A stretch of 54,810 nt of DNA from a virus (taxonomy: Duplodnaviria > Caudoviricetes): positions 1 to 54,810 of the IMG/VR virus record IMGVR_UViG_3300045119_000359; one strand, 5' to 3'. Position numbers and translations under genes: made by a program. Below are positions 18,499 to 28,530 of this stretch, piece after piece (within the stretch, counting starts at the first letter, position 1; each line of letters opens with the position of its first letter). Under the pieces are notes generated by a model that saw only the letters and a program-made list of their open reading frames with translations, was not told where the DNA came from and did no database searches.

Positions 18499-20169
18499 CT
18501 ACTCGATGATCTCCCTTAGCCACAGGTCGGCGTCGTAAAGCTCGTTCTCGGTGAAAGGCGTTGACTGCTGGGACAGCTTCTGGAAATCGAAGCTCCTGCT
18601 GACCATTTCCCATTGAATGCGCTGGCCGTCCCAGTCGTCCTTGTCGTCAACCGATAACTCAAAAAGCTGATTCTGATGCGTGCCATCACTAACCGGTACA
18701 ACCGCGAACATAAAAGCCCGCGTAATCCCGTTAAATGTTCCCGTGAGCAGTTGTGTTGGCAAAATGGACTTCTCCACCCACCAAAAACCTTCCCATGCTG
18801 GCTTGGTTGCTTCCGGTGCCTGAACCGAACCGCCGAACGAGCTGATGATGTCAAAATCAACCGCCACCAGTCCCCAGTGAAGCGGCCTGCCCTGGTTCCA
18901 CATCGGAGAGGTGGTGCATATGATCCGGTTATCGAAATAGATCGCGGAACAAAACTTCAGGAGGAACTCGCTGTCGTTTTCAAGGTATTGCCTCACCGGG
19001 GTTGAAAGAGGAATGTGCGCCCACCCGGTAGGCTCGCTGCGGGCCTGACGGTAGGAGCGCACGCCGTCATCGCTTCTGAACCAGAGGTCTTCGTTCACCA
19101 CCGCTATGGATCGGTGGCCACGCAGCCCGGTGGTCAGCATTGAAAGGATCTGGAAGGCGCTGGTTTTCCACTGCTCGCGTGGGATCGAAAGAAAGAAGTT
19201 GGTTGCTCCGCGCTCGGCAAACACAATGAGCTGCCCGTTTCCGGTGGAAGTGTCCTGCTGCGGAAAGAACATCATTCCGGTAACGATGCCCTGCGTGAAT
19301 GGAATGGCGGCATCCTGACCTTCAGCCAGAAAATTGCGCTCAGTGAAAAGGACGAGCGAGTCAGCCGGATCTGGAAGGTCGTGGCTTCCAATAAGGTCGC
19401 CAAAGGCAACGTCCCGGTCGTTGACGGTCACCACGATGCGTCCCATGCCATACGCCATGATTGTTCCAACGGGAATTTCTGTTTCATCCGGAAGACCGCT
19501 GGTTTTGGATCTCCTGGCCTTCGATCCATCGTAGATGATGGGCGCACTGATGCCGTCCTGAGCGATCAGCCATTTGTCGGCCTGAAGCATGTAGCCAAGC
19601 GGCATCCGCTTCATGTTCCGGAGATTCCTTGGCTCGTCCTCAATGATGATCTCCCTGACCTTGGCGGTACTTATACCCGGTATGATCTTAAAGAGACGAC
19701 CTCCAACGAGAGCCATAATGCAGTCTTCGCCATTGTGCGGAGAGTAAGCCTGGGCGCACTGAAAGATACCGTTCCTGTAGATGTATTCGGAATTCTCATT
19801 GGTAAGGTGGGTGTCCATCCGGTAATACGGCGGGTTTGGCAGAGTTGTGTACCAGTGCGCGTTGTCTTTCGGGTTCACATACTCGCCACCGATCTTGTCC
19901 ACCGATCCAACCTGGTAGGGAGCGTTGTAACACCAGACCTGTTTCTCAGGGTGAGGCACATGATGGATGTCATCAGGATCCACGATGAGTGGGAACGACT
20001 CGTCCAGTTTCCTGACGCCCGGGCGAGTGGCTGGACTGCCTCCACGGAAAGTCAGATTTATGGCGCTCTGCACCTGATTGATGTCAATAGTGTCCGGCTC
20101 ACGACCGGCATCTACGCCACCTTCCAGTGACAGCCATCCGTCGAACACTCTGTTTTTGTCAGCAATCAT
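18499..20169 (-). CDS. Tail tubular/nozzle (stabilisation) protein, N-terminal part
   Basis: Beta-rich 556 aa; SAINLTFRGGSPATRPG, NEDLWFRSDDGVRS; position in the tail block. Confidence 0.75.
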   Translation of the reverse strand: MIADKNRVFDGWLSLEGGVDAGREPDTIDINQVQSAINLTFRGGSPATRPGVRKLDESFPLIVDPDDIHHVPHPEKQVWCYNAPYQVGSVDKIGGEYVNPKDNAHWYTTLPNPPYYRMDTHLTNENSEYIYRNGIFQCAQAYSPHNGEDCIMALVGGRLFKIIPGISTAKVREIIIEDEPRNLRNMKRMPLGYMLQADKWLIAQDGISAPIIYDGSKARRSKTSGLPDETEIPVGTIMAYGMGRIVVTVNDRDVAFGDLIGSHDLPDPADSLVLFTERNFLAEGQDAAIPFTQGIVTGMMFFPQQDTSTGNGQLIVFAERGATNFFLSIPREQWKTSAFQILSMLTTGLRGHRSIAVVNEDLWFRSDDGVRSYRQARSEPTGWAHIPLSTPVRQYLENDSEFLLKFCSAIYFDNRIICTTSPMWNQGRPLHWGLVAVDFDIISSFGGSVQAPEATKPAWEGFWWVEKSILPTQLLTGTFNGITRAFMFAVVPVSDGTHQNQLFELSVDDKDDWDGQRIQWEMVSRSFDFQKLSQQSTPFTENELYDADLWLREIIE

Positions 20170-22013
20170 ACCGGTAGCGTGTGCGGTGTTCCCCGATTGA
20201 TGTTTGCCGATCGGCCACTTACCCGTGGAGCCATCAATGATGGATTGGCCCTGAGTATGTTACCGAGATTCACCTGACCCTGGTGGAATTGCTGGAATGT
20301 TTGACCTGGTGCCACGCTGGTTGCTCCGGAAAACGGACTTGGAGACTGCGCTCTGTTCATGCCATAAATTCCTGCTGGAGTGTAAAGCCCCTTGTACATC
20401 TTCCGCAGGTAACTCTGATTCATGGCGTTACCCATTGATGTGCCACCCAGATTCACAGGCCCGCTTCCACCGAGATTGTAAAACGCGCCTGCTACGGAAG
20501 TCGCGCCATGTGGCTGACCTGCGCTTGCACCGCCATGGAAATAACTGCCGGAATTTATTGCTCCGTACGCACCCGTGTCAGCCGCGCCAACGGTCGGCCC
20601 TGATACTCCGCCGGGAATAGATTCACCGGTGTTCATTTCGGTGTAACCAAGCGAGGCCAGATAATCCGGAGTCGTGTTCCTCGGATCGTTCATTATGTTG
20701 TCGATGAAATCCCTGCCCAGATTACCGGCTCCTTTGGCCAGATCGCCAAGAGTTCCCATCACCTTCCCGGCGGCATCGACAATATTGCCAGCCGCGTCCC
20801 TGAACAGTTGTCCGGCGTGCGACCAGTCAGTTGGGGCATTCAACTGAGCCAGTAACCCGGGCTGGATAGGAGTCAGTCCCTGCCTGTTGTAAATGTTGGC
20901 CTCATCCTGCGGGCTGAGTGCTGTTCCGGCTATCGGATTGCCTTCCGTGTCGAGCTGTCCCGGTTGTCCGGTGGCAAAAACGGGACTGCCTCGCAGCTCA
21001 GTGAACGGATTGGCCGGAAGATCCTCCGGCGTCACGCCGGGAGGCGTCGGCAGATTGCCCGGATCGTTCGGGTATGGAGTATTTAGAGGGCCGCCGCTCC
21101 AGTCGATGTTGGCCTGTCCTCCCCAGATGTCCGTCGCTCCAGGCGCTACCGCAGGAGGCGCGGTCAGATCCTCACCGGGGTAATTTGTAGCGCCATAATC
21201 AGGAGCTTGTTGAAGGTTTTGCCAGTCGATCGGTACGGCATCCGCACTGAAAATGTCAGGTGTTGGCTGGTAATCCTGATAGGTGTCCACCGGAGTCGGC
21301 GTCATTGCCTCGTTAGGTGCTGGGTTGTTGGGAAACATCTGGTCGTAGATCCCGGCGTACGGGTTCGATGGCGGGTTCGGAGCGTTGACATCAAAATGCA
21401 CGGTGTCGTCCCACGGATTCGGAGCGATTCCGGAAGGCTGACCGTACGGGTTGACCGGCAAATCCTGAAACGGGCCAAATGTTCCAGGTGGAACATCCAT
21501 GGCCTCATGCGGGTAATTGCCGCCCGCCGCGTTCACTGGAATTGGACTCGGCTCAATGCTGGGATCTGAGAAATCCATGCTCGGCCTGTTGGGGTTCGGG
21601 AGGTTCTGCTGTGGCCCTCCGAGCAGTCCTTCCTTGAACAGTCGAGAAGCGAAACGATTGTAGATGTCCTGCTCGTCCTGTCCCCACCGCGCCCTTTCAA
21701 AATTATTGTAGATCGGTGGATCGGCGGTGATGCGACCGAACGTCCCCGGGTTATCAACCTGCGGAACAGGCTGCGGAGTTCCAACCGGAATCGGCCTCGG
21801 TGCCGGGAAGGAAGGATCATCCAGCCAGACATTCGGCTCTGTGGTTGACCGATAGATATTCGGGTTGGGAGACAACTGATTCGGATCCAGCGGCCTACCA
21901 GACACGAAAGGATCTATTCCCTGACGAAAATGAGGATAGCTGCCAGCAACGGGGCTGCTGTCACCTCCACCGTTGTAGAGCTGCATCAAATATCTGAACT
22001 GGTCTTCGTTCAT
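20166..22013 (-). CDS. Pro/Asn/Gly-rich, likely disordered virion-associated protein
   Basis: Long ORF coupled on both sides by ATGA overlaps. Confidence 0.7.
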   Translation of the reverse strand: MNEDQFRYLMQLYNGGGDSSPVAGSYPHFRQGIDPFVSGRPLDPNQLSPNPNIYRSTTEPNVWLDDPSFPAPRPIPVGTPQPVPQVDNPGTFGRITADPPIYNNFERARWGQDEQDIYNRFASRLFKEGLLGGPQQNLPNPNRPSMDFSDPSIEPSPIPVNAAGGNYPHEAMDVPPGTFGPFQDLPVNPYGQPSGIAPNPWDDTVHFDVNAPNPPSNPYAGIYDQMFPNNPAPNEAMTPTPVDTYQDYQPTPDIFSADAVPIDWQNLQQAPDYGATNYPGEDLTAPPAVAPGATDIWGGQANIDWSGGPLNTPYPNDPGNLPTPPGVTPEDLPANPFTELRGSPVFATGQPGQLDTEGNPIAGTALSPQDEANIYNRQGLTPIQPGLLAQLNAPTDWSHAGQLFRDAAGNIVDAAGKVMGTLGDLAKGAGNLGRDFIDNIMNDPRNTTPDYLASLGYTEMNTGESIPGGVSGPTVGAADTGAYGAINSGSYFHGGASAGQPHGATSVAGAFYNLGGSGPVNLGGTSMGNAMNQSYLRKMYKGLYTPAGIYGMNRAQSPSPFSGATSVAPGQTFQQFHQGQVNLGNILRANPSLMAPRVSGRSANINRGTPHTLPV

Positions 22014-23413
22014 GGAATTTCGCAAACAGAGATAGCAACTCCGCCGACATTGCAGTCACCAGTGGTCACAGGTGCCAGTATAAGGTCATACCAATACCTG
22101 ATGCCTGGTGTGAGCTGGATAACATCACTGACCGAGAAGGGAACTGCTTTAGAAGTGCCTCCCTCAAACGCAAGGATTATGGCTCCTACCGCCAAATAGG
22201 TGTTTGAAGGCGGTTTAACCGCTCCTCTGTCCGGTGCTGTTCCTGTCCCGATGGCCATCCGCACGGTCGCCTGTCCAGCCGCATTGGAATTCCAGATGTA
22301 GCCAGCAATGGTAGCTACGAGTTTTCCGTTCGCGGAAGGCTGAATGTAGCCAGCCAGACCAGCCATCCTGCCAGCAGTGTCGGTGATCCCGGTGATGTTC
22401 CCCGTTGGGACAGTTTGCAGGTATTGGTACACCGGCGGCTGACCTCCAACTCCGCCTGTGGGATCAACCCAGTGCGTGTTGTAATCCTCAGGCCCAGCTT
22501 TGGCCAGAACCTGATTGATTGCGCCACCCTGTGGAACGCCAGCCCCGGGAGGGCCGGGAGGCCCAATGGCGGATGCGCTGGAAAACAGCACGAAGTTCTT
22601 TGCCTCAAGGATGTAGTCCGGATCTGGATTGACGCAGTGATTGACCTGAACCCAGGCAGTTCCGGCGTTCAAGTTTCCTTCCAGAACAGTGCAGTAAGCT
22701 CGATTGAGATCAGTTTCAGGGTGCGCGGGATCAGTGTGGTTGCAGTCGGGAGATCGCGTCCAGGTGTGATTGGTGTCCGTGCCAATGACGTAGATGCCGA
22801 TCTTGTGAGGCTCAGTCTGCCGGTTCTTTACCAGAATCCTGTTGTTCGGAGCGGTCTGAATGCCATCAACGATTGGCAGTCCGAACAGGTTCGTTGGAGC
22901 TGCCGTGGCAAGCCGCACCGCCGCCTTCGGGTTCAGTCCTTCGACCATTGAATCCAGAAATCGAAGGTTCACAGCGTCCTGTGCATTGGTGGGATCGGCA
23001 AGACCGGTGAGCTTGTGACCGGCCATGCTGACATCGGTCACGGGAGCACGAATGGCATTAAGGTTGGGAAGGAACGCCGGGTTGATTATCGACGCCTGCC
23101 ATACGCCAACGGTGACTGTCCCGAGCTGGGTAATGGCACGCTGCTGCGCCTGCGTCAGATTGCCAGCCAGATGGCTGAAATTGGGCTGAGTTGTTGTCCA
23201 TGCGTGCGCGGCAGTGTCCCAGTCATGCAGCCACTGGTTGGCCGGGGGATGAATGGTCGGAGGAGCACCCAGCCCGATCAGGTTGGATGTGTCTAGGTTG
23301 AGCAACTGGTGGTGCGCCATGTCAACATCGGTCTGAGCCAATGCCGCATACAGGAGCGTCCTTCCCCAGTGCTGGATCTCGGGAACATCAGAATCTAAAG
23401 TGGTTGGTTCCAT
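22010..23413 (-). CDS. Tail fibre/spike protein
   Basis: KLTGLADPTNAQDAVN, NRILVKNRQ, short Gly-X-Y stretch; C-terminal beta domain shared with 26744-28141. Confidence 0.75.
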   Translation of the reverse strand: MEPTTLDSDVPEIQHWGRTLLYAALAQTDVDMAHHQLLNLDTSNLIGLGAPPTIHPPANQWLHDWDTAAHAWTTTQPNFSHLAGNLTQAQQRAITQLGTVTVGVWQASIINPAFLPNLNAIRAPVTDVSMAGHKLTGLADPTNAQDAVNLRFLDSMVEGLNPKAAVRLATAAPTNLFGLPIVDGIQTAPNNRILVKNRQTEPHKIGIYVIGTDTNHTWTRSPDCNHTDPAHPETDLNRAYCTVLEGNLNAGTAWVQVNHCVNPDPDYILEAKNFVLFSSASAIGPPGPPGAGVPQGGAINQVLAKAGPEDYNTHWVDPTGGVGGQPPVYQYLQTVPTGNITGITDTAGRMAGLAGYIQPSANGKLVATIAGYIWNSNAAGQATVRMAIGTGTAPDRGAVKPPSNTYLAVGAIILAFEGGTSKAVPFSVSDVIQLTPGIRYWYDLILAPVTTGDCNVGGVAISVCEIP

Positions 23414-23414
23414 A

Positions 23415-24470
23415 TCAGGGTATTTGTGTTAATGGCGTTATGACCTGCCAGATGGCGATGTCGCTGTTGTTGTAGCCAGCCTTTGCCGCGTATGCGGTTA
23501 TGATGTCGAAATCCTTCACCGATATGGTGTCGTGAACGTCATCAGTGACGACACCGTGATACTTCACCTGACCCTGCTTGTACGGGTTTCCGTTGATGGA
23601 AATGAACATGGCTGAATCCCTGAGAGGTGAGCGCACCGTCACCAGGACTTCCGTCTTCGACCAGGTATCCAGAGTGATGACCGGCTTAGGGCAGGTCGGC
23701 TGATATTCGACATCCACCTGAAATTGGTGCCACTGCATGTCTCGACCGAGGTAGTCGGTGGGTTCTCCCATTTCACCGGGATCTGGGACAGCGCCGGGAG
23801 CGTTACCAGTTCCAATCCCAATGGCGACGGGAAGAAATTCAGGAGGAAATACGCCGGAGGTAAACTTGGAAGCATCCAGGGGAGGCATTATCCCGGGAGG
23901 CATCCGTTCCACCTTGAATGAAGGCTTCAGCACTCCGTCCAGACCTACGCCATGGACTCCGAACCAGCTTCCATCGGGAACATCGTTCCATTGAGGACTG
24001 AAAACTCCGCTGTCCGTGATCGGGGGCGTTGCCGTCAGCTCCGGTGGAAGCAGAAACGCAACCGAGGTGACTGTCCCAAGACCAGCTCCTGCGGCAACAT
24101 TAGACAGGGGAATCTTACCGGCGGCATCCAGCGCCGCGTATCCGTTTGGAGCGCCTTTGCGTGACCGGAACTCCGCGCTGCTTCCCTTTGCCGCCACTTT
24201 CTGGCCTGAAATGATTGCCGTTCCATCCGTAAGCCACTCCGGGGGAATGACGTCATTGAGGTTGAGTTTGCTCTGGGAAATCTCAGCGGCGGGACTCACG
24301 CTGTCATTGGTCACCGAAGCGAACGGAGGCACCCGTGGGTCGTACAGGGTCGGATCGTTCTTATCCACCAGTCCATCCGGCACCGGGTAAAAATGACCGA
24401 TGTTCTGGAGGTCAAGGTTCTGGCAATCCAGATCGCTTTCCAGAGCTGCTTCCTCAAGGATTGGGGTCAT
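23415..24470 (-). CDS. Tail structural protein, paralog A
   Basis: GYAALDAAGKIP, GTVTSVA; full-length similarity to 24467-25489. Confidence 0.75.
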   Translation of the reverse strand: MTPILEEAALESDLDCQNLDLQNIGHFYPVPDGLVDKNDPTLYDPRVPPFASVTNDSVSPAAEISQSKLNLNDVIPPEWLTDGTAIISGQKVAAKGSSAEFRSRKGAPNGYAALDAAGKIPLSNVAAGAGLGTVTSVAFLLPPELTATPPITDSGVFSPQWNDVPDGSWFGVHGVGLDGVLKPSFKVERMPPGIMPPLDASKFTSGVFPPEFLPVAIGIGTGNAPGAVPDPGEMGEPTDYLGRDMQWHQFQVDVEYQPTCPKPVITLDTWSKTEVLVTVRSPLRDSAMFISINGNPYKQGQVKYHGVVTDDVHDTISVKDFDIITAYAAKAGYNNSDIAIWQVITPLTQIP

Positions 24471-25489
24471 ATGTTGAGACTCACAATGGCGGAGTTCTTG
24501 TAACCGGCGTGCGCGGCGTAGGCGTAAATGGTGTCGGGATGTTTCACATGCACGAACTTCTCCGGAGGAAATTCAGTGAACGGGCCTGCTGCCGCTGTCA
24601 GCGAGTAAAAGAAGACGGTGTGCGTGTCATCCAGCGGGTTGCCGGAGGCGTCGGCAAGGGAGATCATCACCGCCACCGGATCGTCCACCGTGCTGTCCGG
24701 GGTAAGAACCGGATTTGGCAGCGTAGGCTCGTAGGCTGGATCGGTGTCCGGAAGATTATGAAACACCATGTCGCGCCCGAGGTAATCATTCGGGAACACG
24801 CCCGGCCCCGTTCCATCACCCGGCGACGGAACCGCTCCCGAGGCGTGGGAGAGACCAACGCCCACGGCCACCGGGAGACGAGCCGGAGCGAACACTCCAG
24901 AGGTAACCATGGAGGCATCCAGAGCAGGAATCAGGGAAGGAGGAAGCGCGTCTGTGTAAAACTTTGGCTGCCCAGACGCGCCTTCCTTGTTGCCGAACCA
25001 AGAAAGATCAGCTACCGCTCCCCACACCACTGCGAGCGTCCCAGCTCCAGTGACCGGGCTTCCACTGACTCCAAACTGCGGAGGCATGGTGAGTCCGACA
25101 GAGGTCACGGTGCCAAGCCCTACCGCCGTGGGAAGATTGGCCGGTGGAACTTTCCCGGTGGCATCCAGTCCGGCGTAACCTCCGGGAACGTTCTTGTTTG
25201 AGAGATATTCGGCCAGATCCCCTTGTGCTGCCGTGGTGGAGGAGGTGCCCAACCATGCCGTAGGGATCTGGCCGTCCAAACTGAGTTTCGACTGAACGAT
25301 CGCCGCGTCATCCGCCACACTATCGTCTGTCACGCTCCCTGGGATCGGCGGCCTTGAGTCGCTCAACCCCGGGTGATCGCTGGTGGCGAGGTTTGCTGGC
25401 ACCGGCACCAAAGCTCCGACGTTCAGCAGGTCGTAGAACCTGCCATCCAGGTCAGTGCCGAGAATGGAATCTTCGATGATCGGGGTCAT
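24467..25489 (-). CDS. Tail structural protein, paralog B
   Basis: GYAGLDATGKVP, GTVTSVG, C-terminal AYAAHAGYKNS. Confidence 0.75.
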   Translation of the reverse strand: MTPIIEDSILGTDLDGRFYDLLNVGALVPVPANLATSDHPGLSDSRPPIPGSVTDDSVADDAAIVQSKLSLDGQIPTAWLGTSSTTAAQGDLAEYLSNKNVPGGYAGLDATGKVPPANLPTAVGLGTVTSVGLTMPPQFGVSGSPVTGAGTLAVVWGAVADLSWFGNKEGASGQPKFYTDALPPSLIPALDASMVTSGVFAPARLPVAVGVGLSHASGAVPSPGDGTGPGVFPNDYLGRDMVFHNLPDTDPAYEPTLPNPVLTPDSTVDDPVAVMISLADASGNPLDDTHTVFFYSLTAAAGPFTEFPPEKFVHVKHPDTIYAYAAHAGYKNSAIVSLNI

Positions 25490-26106
25490 GGAGTTCTCAC
25501 CTTCAGGAAATAGAAATCCGAACGCGGAGTTGGATTCACTGCAACGAAGAACCCGTTCAACGTCTTGGCGTACACCTGAACGCGAATGAGCGCCTGAACC
25601 GCCGGTGCTTCGGTGAGATTTTCCACACGAAGCTCGCTGAACCCGTAATTGAGGTTGCTGCGCGGGTTGACGAAATTGATCGCCATTGTGTTGGTGCGCG
25701 GCATTTGCAAATACAGGTTCTCGGGCGCATCGACCTGAACGATTGACGATGTTCTTACAATCGTCGCCCGCCAGTGCAGGACGTAACCATCCGCGATCGG
25801 AGTACCGGCGAAAACAACCCCGAACCCTTCTCTGGCTCTTACCGTGGGAATGATCTGGATCGCCCCGGGGAAGTTGAACCCAGGATCGCCCATGGCGTCG
25901 ATGTAGAGGTATTCAAAGTTGTACTCGGCGGTGATCTTTGGCACCTGAAAGACGACAACTGCCTGAGTCTGGCCGGGCGTAAGCTCAAGAGAGCCTCGCT
26001 CGTCCATGTCGCTGCTGGTGCCGCCGGTATCGACCAGCAGGTCGTCCTTCGGTTCAATGATCTGAACCGTGTCGCAGTTGGCGATGCAGTTGTTGTTGCC
26101 GTTCAT
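25486..26106 (-). CDS. Beta-rich structural protein
   Basis: Coupled ORF in the tail block. Confidence 0.65.
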   Translation of the reverse strand: MNGNNNCIANCDTVQIIEPKDDLLVDTGGTSSDMDERGSLELTPGQTQAVVVFQVPKITAEYNFEYLYIDAMGDPGFNFPGAIQIIPTVRAREGFGVVFAGTPIADGYVLHWRATIVRTSSIVQVDAPENLYLQMPRTNTMAINFVNPRSNLNYGFSELRVENLTEAPAVQALIRVQVYAKTLNGFFVAVNPTPRSDFYFLKVRTP

Positions 26107-26270
26107 CGTGCGCCGCCCTGGATCGCGTGGATCGCTCCGCCTCCCATCAGGAACGCGAGCAAGCCCGTCCAGAACATGATCCGCCCGACTTCAACGATTT
26201 TCGGGTTGGATGATAGGACGTACATGAGCAGTCCGATGATGGCGATTAGCAATGGTAGGTAGATAATCAT
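26103..26270 (-). CDS. Small two-TM membrane protein (55 aa), holin-like
   Basis: MIIYLPLLIAIIGLLMYVLSSNPKIVEVGRIMFWTGLLAFLMGG; ATGA overlaps on both sides; not in the supplied ORF track. Confidence 0.75.
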   Translation of the reverse strand: MIIYLPLLIAIIGLLMYVLSSNPKIVEVGRIMFWTGLLAFLMGGGAIHAIQGGAR

Positions 26271-26515
26271 GGTGTTGGTTTCTCCTGTTGTTGGTTGTCT
26301 GCTGAAGGTTCCTGTCCGTTGCGCAGTTTTCTGAGTTCCTCGATGCCTCCTGTTATCTGGGCAAAGCGGGTCTGGTTCTTGACTACCTGCTGTTGGAACT
26401 CCTGGTTCATCCTCTGATTTTGTTTCAACATGGCGTTATGAATGTTGTCCAGGTTCTGCTGCTCGGCTGTCAGTTTGCTGATTCTCTCGTCTATTAGTGT
26501 GTTTAGGTTTTCCAT
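26267..26515 (-). CDS. Coiled-coil protein (possible fibre chaperone)
   Basis: Q/E/L heptads; 82 aa. Confidence 0.6.
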   Translation of the reverse strand: MENLNTLIDERISKLTAEQQNLDNIHNAMLKQNQRMNQEFQQQVVKNQTRFAQITGGIEELRKLRNGQEPSADNQQQEKPTP

Positions 26516-26747
26516 TGCGATCGTGTACTATTTCCCAGGTGCGAAGGCCAGATAAACCGAACACCAGAATGGCCAGCGCCCTCTGAAACTCGTAAAGGTA
26601 TTTGAACTCGGCTTGTGGCAGCTCCTTGGAAAGAACGTCCGGGAAAGCCAGCGCCAATAACTGGATCACCATGATAAGCACCGGCATCCCCAGAAACATG
26701 ATGACCACTCCCCAGTTGAGAAAATGTTTCCAATTCTCCTCCTTCAT
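26436..26747 (-). CDS. Putative holin
   Basis: TM helices and [12 protein letters not shown], resembling the GLGGLRTxEK motif of 3TM holins. Confidence 0.65.
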   Translation of the reverse strand: MKEENWKHFLNWGVVIMFLGMPVLIMVIQLLALAFPDVLSKELPQAEFKYLYEFQRALAILVFGLSGLRTWEIVHDRNGKPKHTNRRENQQTDSRAAEPGQHS

Positions 26748-28141
26748 GGAATTTCCACTGCCGAGAAAAAGCAACCAGTCAGGTTCGCGTTGCCGCTGCT
26801 GACAGCCAGCGAAAGATCGAACCATAACTGAGTTCCCACAGTCAGTCCGGTAAGCACCAACGGCATGGTGAAGAAATTCATTTGAGCCGCTGCGTTTCCA
26901 GCACCACCGCGAGTAAACCCGATGCCCGCGCTTGTACCACCCGTGGGGAGAGCACCGTTCGGTGGCGCAATTCCGGTGCCGTAACGCACGTTTAAGAAGA
27001 TGGTGGAGGCAGCAACGCTTCCCGAAACACCTCCACTGATAACAAACATTACCTTGCCGCTTGCGGTCGGAGTGAATACGAAAGGCCCATACGTTACCCC
27101 GCCAAGTCCCATCATCACTCCACCAGCGGCACTGGACGCTGGCGGATTAGCCGGAGAAGCGACCTGTGCTACTGCAAATGTCTGCCATGCCGTATCGTTG
27201 TCAGTTGCAGTTTTCTTTCGCAGGATCGCGCCGGTTGCGCCGCCAAGCGGGACTCCCGCTCCCTGTGGGCCTGTAGCCCCGGTTGCTCCATTTGTGCCGG
27301 GATCACCCTTTGCGCCTGGTGCACCTTGAAGACCTTGCGCACCTTGCGGGCCGGTTGCTCCCGTTGCTCCCGTGTTGCCGGTTGCCCCTTTTGCTCCGGT
27401 TGGCCCTTGGATTCCCTGAATTCCCTGCGCTCCGGTAGCACCTGGGTCGCCTTTGAGTCCCTGTGCGCCGGTCGCTCCGATCGGCCCCTGCGGGCCGGGA
27501 TCCCCTTTTGATCCCTGCGGGCCGGTCGCTCCTGCTGGGCCTTGAGCGCCTGGTGCACCTGTCGCTCCAGTTGCCCCGGGCGGGCCTTGGATCGGCCCAA
27601 TGTCGCTCCATTGACCAGGCAGTCCCCAGACCCAGCCGTGTCCCGTGTCGATCGTAATCCATAAATCCCCCGGGGTATTTCCGGTTGGCGGAAGGGCGGC
27701 GGAATTGGCAACAGAACCTTTGATGGAAACACTGGTGCCGTCAGCTCCCTTCGGCCCCGTTGGGCCTGCTGGCCCCTGAATGCCTTGTCCTCCGGTTGCA
27801 CCGGGGACTCCCTGTGCTCCGGTGTCACCCGTTGGGCCGGGGACGCCCGGCGGGCCTTGCGGGCCGGGAGTTGTGGAAACTGCACCGGGATCTCCCTGCG
27901 GCCCTTGCGGGCCGGGTGGCCCCTGTGGGCCGGTGTCTCCCGGCGGGCCGGGTGGCCCTTGGGTTTCAGTGGGTGGCGCGGGTTCATCGACCTGACCGCT
28001 GCCGGGAGTTTCTCCGAAGACCACCTGAATGGGCGCATCTACCGCCCCGAAGATCTGCACTCCGCCAAAGGGTGTCTCGGGATTCGTCACCTCGACTATG
28101 ATGGCCGACAAATCAAGATCCGGATCGTCCAGTGAAGTCAT
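26744..28141 (-). CDS. Collagen-like tail fibre
   Basis: Extended Gly-X-Y repeats interrupted by an IKGSV...[10 protein letters not shown] knob; C-terminal beta domain. Confidence 0.88.
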   Translation of the reverse strand: MTSLDDPDLDLSAIIVEVTNPETPFGGVQIFGAVDAPIQVVFGETPGSGQVDEPAPPTETQGPPGPPGDTGPQGPPGPQGPQGDPGAVSTTPGPQGPPGVPGPTGDTGAQGVPGATGGQGIQGPAGPTGPKGADGTSVSIKGSVANSAALPPTGNTPGDLWITIDTGHGWVWGLPGQWSDIGPIQGPPGATGATGAPGAQGPAGATGPQGSKGDPGPQGPIGATGAQGLKGDPGATGAQGIQGIQGPTGAKGATGNTGATGATGPQGAQGLQGAPGAKGDPGTNGATGATGPQGAGVPLGGATGAILRKKTATDNDTAWQTFAVAQVASPANPPASSAAGGVMMGLGGVTYGPFVFTPTASGKVMFVISGGVSGSVAASTIFLNVRYGTGIAPPNGALPTGGTSAGIGFTRGGAGNAAAQMNFFTMPLVLTGLTVGTQLWFDLSLAVSSGNANLTGCFFSAVEIP

Positions 28142-28530
28142 GTGGTGGAAGGAGGCGCGGGCTGCGGGGGAATCGGATTACGCCCGTTGCCGCCATTGAA
28201 TTTGCTGGTTGGCTGCCTGATCGCCACCTGACCGGCAAGGAAAGGCGGAAACCTGTAGTCGGTAGGAGTCCTGTTGTGCTCCCAAATCCAGTCCCATGAT
28301 TCCGTTCCCAGTCTCAGGTTGGCGGTCTCATCCCTGGTGAGCGACAGGGTAACAACTCCGCCAGCAGGATCGGTAACCGTTGGGTTCAGGTCGATATTGA
28401 GAGACTTGGCCACTGGCCGGAACTGGGAAACGTTCAGGGCGACACCATTGGCGTCTTTCCACTTGAATGTGACCGGCCCCCAGTCGCAGCCGCGCCATAT
28501 TGTTGGTAAATCGAGCTTGCCGGGTTTCAT
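28138..28530 (-). CDS. Fibre-adaptor-like structural protein
   Basis: TIWRGCDW...[21 protein letters not shown]. Confidence 0.6.
   Translation of the reverse strand: MKPGKLDLPTIWRGCDWGPVTFKWKDANGVALNVSQFRPVAKSLNIDLNPTVTDPAGGVVTLSLTRDETANLRLGTESWDWIWEHNRTPTDYRFPPFLAGQVAIRQPTSKFNGGNGRNPIPPQPAPPSTT

Noticed and set aside
18197-18499. Group I intron, intein or TAG read-through explaining the split tail gene
   Set aside because: The insert is essentially only the ORF, with no catalytic core or intein termini. TAG serves as a normal stop elsewhere (e.g. capsid gene), so there is no sign of recoding.
27260-27970. Repetitive GC-rich DNA as an array
   Set aside because: Explained by Gly-X-Y collagen codons; the overlapping alternative ORFs are by-products.
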